From: an uncultured bacterium
GTDB taxonomy: Bacteria > Pseudomonadota > Gammaproteobacteria > Steroidobacterales > CBDUSC01
NCBI GenBank assembly: GCA_965369735.1
Contig: CBDUSC010000001.1
Location: 1-35,128 of the forward strand
Reading direction: 5' to 3'
DNA: 35,128 nt
Shown: positions 26,559-35,128 of the stretch, piece by piece
Layout: each line of letters opens with the position of its first letter
Numbering within the stretch: the first letter of the stretch is position 1
Program-made: the position numbers and the translations under genes
The notes under the pieces: generated by a model
The model's input: the letters and a program-made list of their open reading frames with translations, nothing else
What the model was told of the DNA's origin: nothing
Database searches by the model: none

Positions 26559-27349
26559 TGCGCGTCCCCGGAGACTGCACCATCAGCCAGTAAAAATTTG
26601 TTCAGCACATGCATGAATTCATCGGTGTGCGAGATAAATGGCGCATGAGCTGCCTTGTCGATACTGGCATATCGCGCATTGGGAAGATGCCCGGCCATCC
26701 ACTCGCCGGCTTCGGCGGGCGTCAGTTTGTCGGCCTCACCGGCGATAACCAGCGTTTCTGCGGTTATCGATTCAAGACGTGGTCGCAGATCGGTATCTCG
26801 CAGCAGATCAAGACCCGCTTCCAGTGCCTGCGGGTCAGGGTCGCCATGACTGAAAACCTCGTGCCGCAGATCGCGCAACAGCGCGCGTGCCCGCTCATCA
26901 CCCCTGACCGAGAGCGTCAGGAATCGGTTGACGGTGGCGCGGTAGTCATTCGCAAGCGCGGCGGCCAGAATTGCAAGATCCTCTGCCGGCATGGCGCAGT
27001 GCCAGTCGGGGTCTTGTACAAATTGCGGCGTCGTGTTGGTCAGCACCATTCGGCCGATTCGGTTTGGGTGCCGTTCAGCGATGACGCAGGCGATCATTCC
27101 ACCCAGCGACCAGCCGAGCAGGTGAGTACGCAGTGGAATCGCACTGGCGATGATCTCGGCGTAGTCATCGATGCTTTTCAGACTCTTGTTCCAGCCGCTG
27201 TGACCGTGACCGGGTAAATCGATATAGGTAATGCGGAATTTTCCCGCAAGCGCACGCGAAACCGGTTCCCAGATACCCGAGTGCAGGCCCCAGCCGTGCA
27301 GCATGACAAGATTTGGACCACGGCCGCGGCTTTTCACGTAAATTTTCAA
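26555..27349 (-). CDS. bioH: Pimeloyl-ACP methyl ester carboxylesterase
   Basis: Alpha/beta hydrolase with LVMLHGWG, the nucleophile elbow GWSLGG and a C-terminal AAHAPF. It sits between bioF and bioC. Confidence 0.85.
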   Translation of the reverse strand: MKIYVKSRGRGPNLVMLHGWGLHSGIWEPVSRALAGKFRITYIDLPGHGHSGWNKSLKSIDDYAEIIASAIPLRTHLLGWSLGGMIACVIAERHPNRIGRMVLTNTTPQFVQDPDWHCAMPAEDLAILAAALANDYRATVNRFLTLSVRGDERARALLRDLRHEVFSHGDPDPQALEAGLDLLRDTDLRPRLESITAETLVIAGEADKLTPAEAGEWMAGHLPNARYASIDKAAHAPFISHTDEFMHVLNKFLLADGAVSGDAQ

Positions 27350-28533
27350 GCGGCCACCTTTGGCAAAACCGTTTCGAGTGCATCCAGCAGTTCATCGACC
27401 TGCTGGTCGTCATGTGCTGCCGATAAAGTAATACGCAGGCGTGCGCTGTCAGCAGGCACGGTTGGCGGACGTATGGCGCTGACCATGAAGCCGCGCTCGC
27501 ATAGCGCATCGCTTGCAGCCAGCGCCGCGCGCGACTCGCCCAGCATCAGTGGCTGAATTGCGGTTTCGGATTCCGCCAGACTCAGACCCAGGGACTTCGC
27601 GCCCGTTTTGAAACGCTTTATCAATGAGGCAAGCTGCTCCCGCCGCCAGGCTTCTTCGTCGATCAAACGCAGGGCGATACGAGTTGCCGCAGCGACTGCC
27701 GGCGGCGATGCTGTGGTATATATATAGCTACGCGCTTTTTGTACCAAGGTTTGTATCACTACATCATCAGCGGCAACGAATGCGCCAAAACAGCCCAGTG
27801 CCTTGCCGAGCGTGCCCATGACTATGGGTGTCTGTTCCGCAACAAGCGAGAAATGCTCCGCTGATCCACGGCCGTTTTTGCCAAGCACACCGATGCCGTG
27901 CGCATCGTCGATAATCAATGTGGCGTTGTATCGTTCGGCCAGGCAAGCCAGCGCCGGCAAGTTGGCAATATCACCATCCATACTGAATACGGCGTCGCTC
28001 AGGATGACTGGACTGCCGGAGTCTGCGCTCAGTAGTCTTTTTTCCAGCGCTGCCGTGTCGTTGTGTGCGTATCGCCGGGTTTTCGCCCCGCTCAAACGTG
28101 CAGCGTCGATCAGCGATGCGTGGTTGAGCTTATCCTCGAATATTTCATCGCCGCGATGGGCCAGTGCGGTTACCAGGCCAAGGTTTGCCATATAGCCCGA
28201 TGAAAACAACAGCGCACGCTCACGGCCAAGAAACGCGGCGAGTTCCTCTTCCAGCGCGTGATGCTCGGTGCTGTGACCGGCGATCAGGTGAGCCGAGCCA
28301 CTGCCAACGCCGTATTTTTTTGCTGCAGCAACAAAAGCTTCCTGTATGCGGGGGTGATTTCTGAGACCCAGGTAATCGTTGCTGCAAAAACATACCAGTT
28401 TTTTACCGTCGATAATGACATGCGCAGCCGATTCGCCGTTGTCGACTACGCGGCGGCGACGATACAACTGGTGACGCTGTAAGTCCTCAAGATGGCCGAG
28501 CAGTGTCGCCCGCATTGATGTGGGTGTCGACAT
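27346..28533 (-). CDS. bioF: 8-amino-7-oxononanoate synthase
   Basis: 395 aa. Fold-type I PLP enzyme with FCSNDYLGL, DDAHGIGVLG and the lysine motif GTLGKALG. Confidence 0.92.
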   Translation of the reverse strand: MSTPTSMRATLLGHLEDLQRHQLYRRRRVVDNGESAAHVIIDGKKLVCFCSNDYLGLRNHPRIQEAFVAAAKKYGVGSGSAHLIAGHSTEHHALEEELAAFLGRERALLFSSGYMANLGLVTALAHRGDEIFEDKLNHASLIDAARLSGAKTRRYAHNDTAALEKRLLSADSGSPVILSDAVFSMDGDIANLPALACLAERYNATLIIDDAHGIGVLGKNGRGSAEHFSLVAEQTPIVMGTLGKALGCFGAFVAADDVVIQTLVQKARSYIYTTASPPAVAAATRIALRLIDEEAWRREQLASLIKRFKTGAKSLGLSLAESETAIQPLMLGESRAALAASDALCERGFMVSAIRPPTVPADSARLRITLSAAHDDQQVDELLDALETVLPKVAA

Positions 28534-28538
28534 GCAGG

Positions 28539-29564
28539 CTAGTTGATCGTCTCGCCGGGTTGCATCGGTTCGGGTTCAATTCCCAGACGGCTGAACAAGA
28601 CCATGTCATGATTTTCTTCCGGGTTATCGGCGGTCAGCAGTGTGTCACCATAAAAAATCGAGTTGCAGCCGACAAAAAAGCACAAGGCCTGCGTTTCATC
28701 GCTCATATCAGTGCGGCCGGCCGACAAACGAACGTGCGAGCGCGGCATCAGGATTCTTGCTACGGCGCAGTTGCGCACGAATTCGATACCATCAATTTTT
28801 TCCTTTCCATATAGCGGCGTGCCCTTTATCGGTATCAATTGATTTATCGGTACGCTCTCGGGGTGCTCCGGCAGGGTTGCAAGAGCTTGTAGCATACGAA
28901 CCCGATCGATCTGTTGTTCGCCCATGCCGATGATCCCTCCGCAGCAGACTTTCATGCCTGCATTGCGAACGTTTTTCAGAGTATCGATGCGATCTTCGAA
29001 GCGGCGTGTAGTAATGATCTTTTCGTAATACTCGGGCGAGGTATCGATGTTGTGGTTGTAGTAATCCAGACCCGCTTGTTTCAGTTCCTTTGCCTGCCCG
29101 GGTGCCAGCATCCCCAGCGTCGCGCAGGTTTCCATACCCAGTGCTTTGACTTCGCGAATCATGGCCGCAATTTTTGTTAGCTGATTGGGCTTTGGATTGC
29201 GATATGCGGCGCCCATGCAAAACCGGGTGGCGCCGTTGGCTTTTGCCTGGCGCGCCTTTTCGATGACCTCCTCAAGATCCAGCAGGCGTTCGACCTCGAC
29301 CCCTGTGTCATAGCGGGCACTTTGCGGGCAATAGGCGCAGTCCTCGGGGCAGGCACCGGTCTTGATGCTCAGCAGCGTGCTGATCTGCACCTGGTTGTGG
29401 TTGAACCAGCGGCGGTGCACGAGGTGCGCCTGGTATACGAGGTCGTTAAACGGCAGATCAAACAAGGCCTGCACCTGCTTCTCGCTCCAGTCGTGCCGTA
29501 TGTCGCCAGCTTCGCCCGGGTGTGACTCAGAGTCTGGTTTTGGGTCTGGCTGCAATGTGTTCAT
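28539..29564 (-). CDS. bioB: Biotin synthase
   Basis: 341 aa. Radical-SAM CxxxCxxC ([11 protein letters not shown]), YNHN, and [10 protein letters not shown]. Confidence 0.95.
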   Translation of the reverse strand: MNTLQPDPKPDSESHPGEAGDIRHDWSEKQVQALFDLPFNDLVYQAHLVHRRWFNHNQVQISTLLSIKTGACPEDCAYCPQSARYDTGVEVERLLDLEEVIEKARQAKANGATRFCMGAAYRNPKPNQLTKIAAMIREVKALGMETCATLGMLAPGQAKELKQAGLDYYNHNIDTSPEYYEKIITTRRFEDRIDTLKNVRNAGMKVCCGGIIGMGEQQIDRVRMLQALATLPEHPESVPINQLIPIKGTPLYGKEKIDGIEFVRNCAVARILMPRSHVRLSAGRTDMSDETQALCFFVGCNSIFYGDTLLTADNPEENHDMVLFSRLGIEPEPMQPGETIN

Positions 29565-29609
29565 TCGGATATCCCGTTGCTTTGATCATTTTTGTGTCTG
29601 GCTGTTGCG

Positions 29610-29635
29610 TAGCCGGCATTGCATGCTGCCGGCTA
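29610..29635. promoter_or_regulatory. Perfect 9-bp inverted repeat in the bioB/comF divergent promoter region
   Basis: TAGCCGGCA-TTGCATGC-TGCCGGCTA, 46 nt upstream of the bioB ATG. Candidate operator or leader hairpin. It does not match the E. coli-type BirA operator as I recall it. Confidence 0.3.
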
Positions 29636-29679
29636 ATGGCGAGAAGTATTCGAGGCGACGCCTCAGCTGTCAACCTGGC

Positions 29680-30411
29680 ATGAAACAAAAAGGTGACAAC
29701 TGGTTAAATATCATACAACAGTGGCTGATGCCCGCGCGCTGCCTGCTGTGCGGGGGCCCCGGTCAAAGCGCGCCACTGCTGGATATTTGTGTGGCCTGCC
29801 AGGTGGATCTGCCAGCTATCCCCCGGGATATGGAGCAAGGCACGCGGCAGTACAGGCGGTTGGGCCAGCCAGTGGATACGACTGCCCGTCCTGCAATAGA
29901 TCAGCTGTTCGCGCCCTATCGTTACGAATTCCCGCTGGACAGCCTGATACCGGCGTTGAAGTATCGCGCCGGGTTCTGCGTCGCCCGGGTCTTCGGGGGT
30001 CTACTGGCAAGTGCGCTCACCACGCACAATGGCAAACTGGAACCCGATGAAGAGCTGCCCTGGCCGGAAGCTCTGCTGCCGGTGCCGCTGCATGCAAATC
30101 GTCTGCGCTCGCGAGGTTTCAACCAGGCATATGAAATCGCCAAACCCGTGTCGCGATACCTGGGCATACCGATAGACGCGGATGCCTGCCGGCGGGTGAT
30201 TGATACACCGGCGCAAACCGGGCTTGGCGCCGGGGAGCGCAAACGCAATCTGCGTGATGCATTTCGTACGCGCGAATATGGCTTGCCGAAATCCCTGGCC
30301 ATTATCGATGATGTCGTGACGACTGGCAGTACCGTGCAGGCCATTGCGATGGCGTTAAAAAAACAAGGTGTGGAATCGGTTTGCGTTTGGTCTGTGGCGC
30401 GAACGCTTTGA
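29680..30411 (+). CDS. comF: ComF-family protein (phosphoribosyltransferase-like)
   Basis: I start it at ATG 29680 (MKQKGDNW...), downstream of the bioB start. N-terminal Cys pairs (CLLCGG...CVACQ) and a C-terminal PRPP-binding loop (AIIDDVVTTGST). The 349-aa track ORF overlaps bioB antisense. Confidence 0.82.
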   Translation: MKQKGDNWLNIIQQWLMPARCLLCGGPGQSAPLLDICVACQVDLPAIPRDMEQGTRQYRRLGQPVDTTARPAIDQLFAPYRYEFPLDSLIPALKYRAGFCVARVFGGLLASALTTHNGKLEPDEELPWPEALLPVPLHANRLRSRGFNQAYEIAKPVSRYLGIPIDADACRRVIDTPAQTGLGAGERKRNLRDAFRTREYGLPKSLAIIDDVVTTGSTVQAIAMALKKQGVESVCVWSVARTL

Positions 30412-30427
30412 CGAGCCAGCCGAAGAC

Positions 30428-31387
30428 CTAAAAATCAACAAAGGTGTATTCGAGCAGAATGCCGATAAAAATCACCATACCGACGTGGCGGTTGTTGAGA
30501 AACGCCTTGAAGCAATTCCCGGGCTCGCGATTACGAATAAGGAGTTGTTGATATAGAAACAACATGGCAGTAATGGCGAGCGCCAGGCGATACCACAGGC
30601 CGAACTCCAGGAGCCTGCCCGCCAGGTAAAATGCCAGTACCGACATCAGCTGCATGATGCCGGTCCAGAATCGATCGAGGTCCGCAAAAACAATCGCGGT
30701 TGATTTGACGCCAATTCTTTGGTCATCTTCGCGGTCGACCATTGCGTATATTGTGTCGTACGCGACGGTCCAGAGCATTGCACCGATAAACAAGAGACCC
30801 GTAACGCGCGATACGTTACCGGTTTGTGCCGCGAATGCCATCGGTATGCTCCACGCGAACGCGATACCGAGATAGAACTGCGGGAAAAATGTAATCCGTT
30901 TTACAAAGGGATAGCTTGCTGCGAGAAATCCGCCGCCAAGTGCCCATAGTATTGTTTGCCGGTTCAGGCTCAAAACCAGCCCCAGCGCGATCAGGCTGAG
31001 TCCTGCCGCCATCAGTAACGCCTCTTCACCGCTCACGCGACCGGTGGCCAGGGGACGATCTTTTGTGCGGGCAACAAGCCGGTCAATTTTGCGATCGGCA
31101 TAGTCATTAATGACACAGCCGGCCGATCGCATCAGGAACGCACCCATGACAAAAACCGAAAACACCCAGGGATGGGGACGGCCCTCACCCGCTATCCACA
31201 GCGCCCACAACGCGGGCCATAACAGCAACAAGGTGCCTATTGGTTTGTCCAGACGCATCAGGCGGCCGTATTGCCAAAGCTGATCGACTATGGATGCGTA
31301 GTGCGCCCAGTCCACCTCGTTGACACGATCCATGAACCAGGCGCCACATTTTTGGCACCAGGCTTTTATGGTGTGCTTCAGGGACAT
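30428..31387 (-). CDS. ubiA: 4-hydroxybenzoate polyprenyltransferase
   Basis: LMRLDKPIGTLLLLWPALWAL and NDYADRKIDRLVARTKDRPLATG are UbiA hallmarks. The start is ambiguous: ATG 31387 overlaps ubiC by 10 nt, and ATG 31333 gives a more typical ~301 aa. Confidence 0.88.
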   Translation of the reverse strand: MSLKHTIKAWCQKCGAWFMDRVNEVDWAHYASIVDQLWQYGRLMRLDKPIGTLLLLWPALWALWIAGEGRPHPWVFSVFVMGAFLMRSAGCVINDYADRKIDRLVARTKDRPLATGRVSGEEALLMAAGLSLIALGLVLSLNRQTILWALGGGFLAASYPFVKRITFFPQFYLGIAFAWSIPMAFAAQTGNVSRVTGLLFIGAMLWTVAYDTIYAMVDREDDQRIGVKSTAIVFADLDRFWTGIMQLMSVLAFYLAGRLLEFGLWYRLALAITAMLFLYQQLLIRNREPGNCFKAFLNNRHVGMVIFIGILLEYTFVDF

Positions 31388-31947
31388 TGTGCAATCGTCG
31401 GCATGAACACTTCATACACCAGCAACGGGGCATCGCCAAGCCGGAATTGCGAGCGGCGCGCCCACAGCTCCGCTGGTGCTTCCCTGACCTGGCCCGCCGC
31501 CGATGCGTACAAGGCATCCCCTGCAATCAGGCGGGCAAAATCAAACTCGCTGCGTCTGCAGTCATCGCGTGTGCGCAATGTTTCGCCAAGCGGTTTCACA
31601 CCCAGATCTGCCAACCAGGAGTGCCGGCTCAAGGTGTTCTCGGGGACCAGTGTGCGTGCAAAAACACAGCAGCTGTCTGTGCACATCAGCGCAATTTCCC
31701 GCAGCAGGGCCGGGCCTGTTTCTATCGAGAGATAATCGGCTTGCGTGTCATCGATTTCACTTTGATATTGGCCGCGCAACTCGAACCGAAAGCTGTCGCC
31801 ACACGCTTGCCGCAGCTTGCGAGTCAACAAGCCGTCATCACATAGCCATTCCCGCAACGCATCAGGTACGCGCATCGCATCGAACCGGGATGCGGGGATC
31901 CAGTCCTGGTTCGATTGCGAAGAAGATTCTGATTGAGTCACTGGCAT
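31378..31947 (-). CDS. ubiC: Chorismate pyruvate-lyase
   Basis: 189 aa immediately upstream of ubiA. WLCDDGLLTRKL...REI.L...VFART..P resembles the UbiC family. The conserved ubiC-ubiA pairing supports the call. Confidence 0.75.
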   Translation of the reverse strand: MPVTQSESSSQSNQDWIPASRFDAMRVPDALREWLCDDGLLTRKLRQACGDSFRFELRGQYQSEIDDTQADYLSIETGPALLREIALMCTDSCCVFARTLVPENTLSRHSWLADLGVKPLGETLRTRDDCRRSEFDFARLIAGDALYASAAGQVREAPAELWARRSQFRLGDAPLLVYEVFMPTIAQCP

Positions 31948-31989
31948 TGTATTATTCCCGATAACGGGCTGAGCGCAAGCCCGGTCTGC

Positions 31990-34107
31990 TCAACCAACCT
32001 TGCCGTACACTTGTGCGGTGCCAATCCAGCGTCGGATGAGGGCGTCCACCTCTGCCGGTGAGGATTCCTGCATGACACCGGCAGCGCGGTGCACCAGCGG
32101 TAACAAATCAGCATCGCGCAGCAGATCGGCGACGCGCATCTGGATCAGACCCGTTTGCCGTGTACCCATGACCTCACCGGGACCGCGCAATTCGAGATCC
32201 TTGCGTGCGATTGCAAAACCATCGTTGGTTTTTCTTAAAACACCCAGTCTTGTACGCGCAATCTGTGACAACGGCGCACGGTACAGCAAAAGGCAGTGAC
32301 TTTCCCGTTCACCACGACCAACACGCCCGCGAAGCTGGTGCAATTGCGCGAGACCCATGCGCTCGCTGTTTTCAACAATCATAAGCGATGCGTTCGGCAC
32401 ATCGACACCGACTTCGATGACTGTGGTTGCAACCAGCAAGTCGATGTCCGCTTTTTTGAACGCGGTCATCACCTTGTCTTTTTTTGCGCCATTCATACGA
32501 CCATGGACAAGGCCTATCTTAAGATCGGGTAGCGCCTCGCGCAGCATCGCGGCGGTTTCTTCTGCCGCCTGGTATTCAAGGACCTCGGATTCATCGATCA
32601 ATGGGCAGACCCAGTACGCCTGCTGGCCCTGCTTGCAGGCATCGTGGACACGTTGTACGACATCGGCACGGCGCCGATCGGATATCGCAACCGTTTTTAC
32701 CGGTTTTCTGCCAGGCGGCAGTTCATCGATGACCGATGCGTCCAGATCGGCATACGCTGTCATTGCCAGCGTGCGCGGTATCGGGGTCGCAGTCATGATG
32801 AGCTGATGCGGGTGGGAGGTTGCGACGATACCCTTTTTCATGAGTGCCATGCGCTGGTGCACACCAAAGCGATGCTGCTCATCCACAACGATCAGTGCCA
32901 GCTTGTTGAATTCGACGCCCTCCTGGAACAGCGCGTGTGTACCGACGATCACTTTTGCTGCGCCCGATGCAATGCCGGACAACGTTTGAGTTCGCGCACG
33001 ACCTTTTGTCGCTCCAGACAACCAGGCTACCGGTATGTGTAATTTATCAAACCAGCCTTTGAAATTTACGTGGTGTTGTTCGGCCAGCAACTCGGTTGGC
33101 GCCATTATGGCGGCTTGATAACCCGCTGCGACAACACGCACGGTCGCGGCTGCGGCAACTACCGTTTTTCCGGATCCCACATCACCCTGCACCAGGCGCA
33201 GCATCGGTACCGGTAGTGCAATGTCTGCGTTTATTTCCGCAATGACCCTTTGTTGCGCATCCGTCAGGGAAAATGGCAGCGAATCGAAAAAACGATCCTC
33301 CATTTTTGGCGATGGCTTGATCGCAATTGCGGGGTCGCACCGCAGCCTGGCGCGTAGACGACGCAGGCTCAGGTGGTGCGCCAGCAGTTCTTCCAGCGCA
33401 AGGCGCCGTTGCGCGGGGTGATGGCCGCTGGCCAGCAATTCCAGCGATGCATCCGGTGGCGGCCGATGCAGATACAGTATGGACTCACTCAGGGATGGCA
33501 TCCTCGTTTGATCAAGAATCTCCGCTGGTATCAGATCGGTGACGGTTTCCCGGCGAAACAGCTCCAGCGCCTGGTTGGTGAGGTTTCTGAGCCGCGGTTG
33601 CTGTATGCCTTCGGTTGCCGGGTATATCGGCGTCAGCGTTTCTTCTACCGGCGCCGCGTTTTCTGCAGATAAAAATCGATATTCCGGGTGGATCAGTTCC
33701 AGGCCCTTGCCGCCTGCGCGAACTTCGCCAAAACACCGTATGCGCCTGCCGCGCGCAAGACCGGTTTGCTGGGTTTTTGAAAAGTGAAAAAATCGCAGCG
33801 TGATGAATCCGGATCCATCCGATACCTGGCTAAGCAACATTCTGCGACCGCGATATACCGCCTCGGTTAACTCGATATCTCCCTCTATGACGGCCTTGTC
33901 GCCTGGTTTCAGGCTGCCGATCGGAACAATGCGGGTGCGGTCTTCGTAGCGCAGCGGAAGCAGAAACAGGAGATCCTGTACCGTCGATAAGCCGAACTTT
34001 TCGAGTTTGGCCGCAACCTGTGGTCCGACGCCACGCAGGGTCTCGATGGACAGTTCATCAAGTGGCTGACCAGCGTCGCGGGGAGCCTGCTTGTGTGTAT
34101 GCGCCAC
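31990..34107 (-). CDS. recG: ATP-dependent DNA helicase RecG
   Basis: 705 aa. N-terminal wedge region (LLFLLPLRYEDRT). Helicase motifs GDVGSGKT, DEQHRFG, TATPIPRT, and LHQLRGRVGRG. Confidence 0.94.
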   Translation of the reverse strand: MAHTHKQAPRDAGQPLDELSIETLRGVGPQVAAKLEKFGLSTVQDLLFLLPLRYEDRTRIVPIGSLKPGDKAVIEGDIELTEAVYRGRRMLLSQVSDGSGFITLRFFHFSKTQQTGLARGRRIRCFGEVRAGGKGLELIHPEYRFLSAENAAPVEETLTPIYPATEGIQQPRLRNLTNQALELFRRETVTDLIPAEILDQTRMPSLSESILYLHRPPPDASLELLASGHHPAQRRLALEELLAHHLSLRRLRARLRCDPAIAIKPSPKMEDRFFDSLPFSLTDAQQRVIAEINADIALPVPMLRLVQGDVGSGKTVVAAAATVRVVAAGYQAAIMAPTELLAEQHHVNFKGWFDKLHIPVAWLSGATKGRARTQTLSGIASGAAKVIVGTHALFQEGVEFNKLALIVVDEQHRFGVHQRMALMKKGIVATSHPHQLIMTATPIPRTLAMTAYADLDASVIDELPPGRKPVKTVAISDRRRADVVQRVHDACKQGQQAYWVCPLIDESEVLEYQAAEETAAMLREALPDLKIGLVHGRMNGAKKDKVMTAFKKADIDLLVATTVIEVGVDVPNASLMIVENSERMGLAQLHQLRGRVGRGERESHCLLLYRAPLSQIARTRLGVLRKTNDGFAIARKDLELRGPGEVMGTRQTGLIQMRVADLLRDADLLPLVHRAAGVMQESSPAEVDALIRRWIGTAQVYGKVG

Positions 34108-34115
34108 TGCGCCGA

Positions 34116-34496
34116 TCAGAGAGAAAGTATTGCGTCGATTTCCACATTCGTGCCCTTTGGCAATGCCGAAACCTGGATTACTGCGCGGGCCGGATACGGC
34201 TCATCAAAAATGTCAGACATCACTTCGTTGACGATACCGAAATCGCCAAGATCGGTGAGATAGATTGTCAGCCTGGCGACGTTGCCAAGGTCGCCACCCG
34301 AGGCTTGTGCGATGTTGCGAATGTTATCGAAAACTCTGCGAACCGCCAGTTCCGTTTCTCCCGCCACGAGTTCCTGGGTTTTCGGGTCCAGGGGAATCTG
34401 TCCTGACAAAAAAACGAGATTGCCGGTTGATACCGCTTGCGAGTAGGTTCCAATCGCGGCGGGCGCATCATCGGTATGTATCGCGTTACGGGTCAT
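34116..34496 (-). CDS. ridA: RidA/YjgF-family reactive intermediate deaminase
   Basis: 126 aa. APAAIGTYSQAV, LSGQIPLDP and PARAVIQVSALPKG..VEIDAI are canonical RidA motifs. Confidence 0.9.
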   Translation of the reverse strand: MTRNAIHTDDAPAAIGTYSQAVSTGNLVFLSGQIPLDPKTQELVAGETELAVRRVFDNIRNIAQASGGDLGNVARLTIYLTDLGDFGIVNEVMSDIFDEPYPARAVIQVSALPKGTNVEIDAILSL

Positions 34497-34525
34497 TGAG
34501 TTTCGTCCTTTTTGAATAGCGTTAT

Positions 34526-35128
34526 TTATGCGCAGCTGCGCGACACGTGCAATACGTCAGGCATGACACGAATGCTGCGCATCACGCGCGCGAGTTGTTT
34601 CCGGTCGTTTACGAAAATCTGAAATATCAAAGTTGATGTATCGCCGTCTCTTTCAACAACTGATACGTGATCGATATTGGATTTGGTAGTGGCTATGGTC
34701 GAAGCGACCGCCGCGAGCACGCCCATGCGGTTGACGACTTCGGCGCGGATTTCGACCAGGAACTCCCGGTCGACGTCTTCTTTCCAGGCCACGGGCAACC
34801 ATTTGTCCGGTTGCTTGCGATACTCGGCGAGATTGCCACATGAGTTCCGGTGGATCACGATTCCCCGACCGGAGCTGAGGTAACCGATAATCGGGTCATC
34901 CGGGATCGGGTAACAGCACCTGGCATAGGTCACGACCATGCCTTCGGTGCCGGTGATCGCCAGCGGCGCGGGGTCATCCGATTTGGGTTCGCTATCCTCG
35001 CTGACCAGGCGGCGCGCCACCAGTGGCGCCAGGCGTTCACCAAGACCGATTTTTTGATACAGGCCATCCAGCGATTCGATATCAAACTCATCCAAAAGAC
35101 TATCCACGCGTTCCTTTGGAGTCTTGCG
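34526..35128 (-). CDS. spoT: C-terminal part of a bifunctional (p)ppGpp synthetase/hydrolase (partial; continues beyond the window)
   Basis: The frame stays open to the window edge. CCYPIPDDPIIGY..SGRGIVIHR (Cys-rich CC region) and a terminal ACT domain (LVEIRAEVVNRMGVLAAV...) are present. The spoT-ridA-recG order is a common arrangement. relA versus spoT cannot be decided from this part alone. Confidence 0.8.
   Translation of the reverse strand, partial: RKTPKERVDSLLDEFDIESLDGLYQKIGLGERLAPLVARRLVSEDSEPKSDDPAPLAITGTEGMVVTYARCCYPIPDDPIIGYLSSGRGIVIHRNSCGNLAEYRKQPDKWLPVAWKEDVDREFLVEIRAEVVNRMGVLAAVASTIATTKSNIDHVSVVERDGDTSTLIFQIFVNDRKQLARVMRSIRVMPDVLHVSRSCA

Noticed and set aside
29680-30411. comF as a sign of a competence or DNA-uptake gene cluster.
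   Set aside because: It is a single gene in the common divergent comF/bioB arrangement. No other com or pil genes are present in the window.
1-35128. Scan for CRISPR arrays, tRNA/rRNA genes, IS elements, integrases, prophage genes, and large direct or inverted repeats.
   Set aside because: I found none by eye. There are no T-arm-like GGTTCGAxxC contexts outside coding regions, no repeat-spacer periodicity, and no transposase or integrase motifs. A by-eye scan cannot exclude short or degenerate repeats.

Overview
This window looks like ordinary chromosomal backbone from a gammaproteobacterium-like genome with G+C in the mid-to-high 50s %. It is tightly packed: about 95 % is coding by my gene calls, and all but three or four genes lie on the minus strand. 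From left to right I call:
- a truncated M28 peptidase fragment and an orphan ORF
- an ATGA-coupled pair of a substrate-binding-like lipoprotein and a HAMP-GGDEF-EAL protein
- a peptide-scavenging locus: POT permease, ACE-like M2 lipoprotein peptidase, OPT permease and a TraR/DksA zinc finger
- a BI-1/YccA protein
- dtd-tatA-tatB-tatC plus a small lipoprotein
- a split TRAP transporter: a Tat-signal binding protein convergent with an SRPBCC-dctQ-dctM string
- trkA-trkH
- uvrD
- bioBFHCD running straight into SURF1-ctaB and a Sel1-like membrane protein
- comF, ubiC-ubiA, recG, ridA and the 3' end of spoT

I found no rRNA or tRNA genes, no CRISPR array, no transposase, integrase or phage genes, and no recognisable defence genes. 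I cannot point to a convincing new multi-gene system. The features most worth a second look are:
- the outlier 415-bp dtd/TRAP intergenic region, with a GC-rich structured module next to a ~27 % G+C island carrying a repeated AAGTGG motif
- the M2-OPT-zinc-finger operon
- the lipoprotein plus GGDEF-EAL sensor pair
- the bio-SURF1-ctaB-Sel1 fusion of transcription units

All functional calls come from motif and family recognition by eye. No searches were run.
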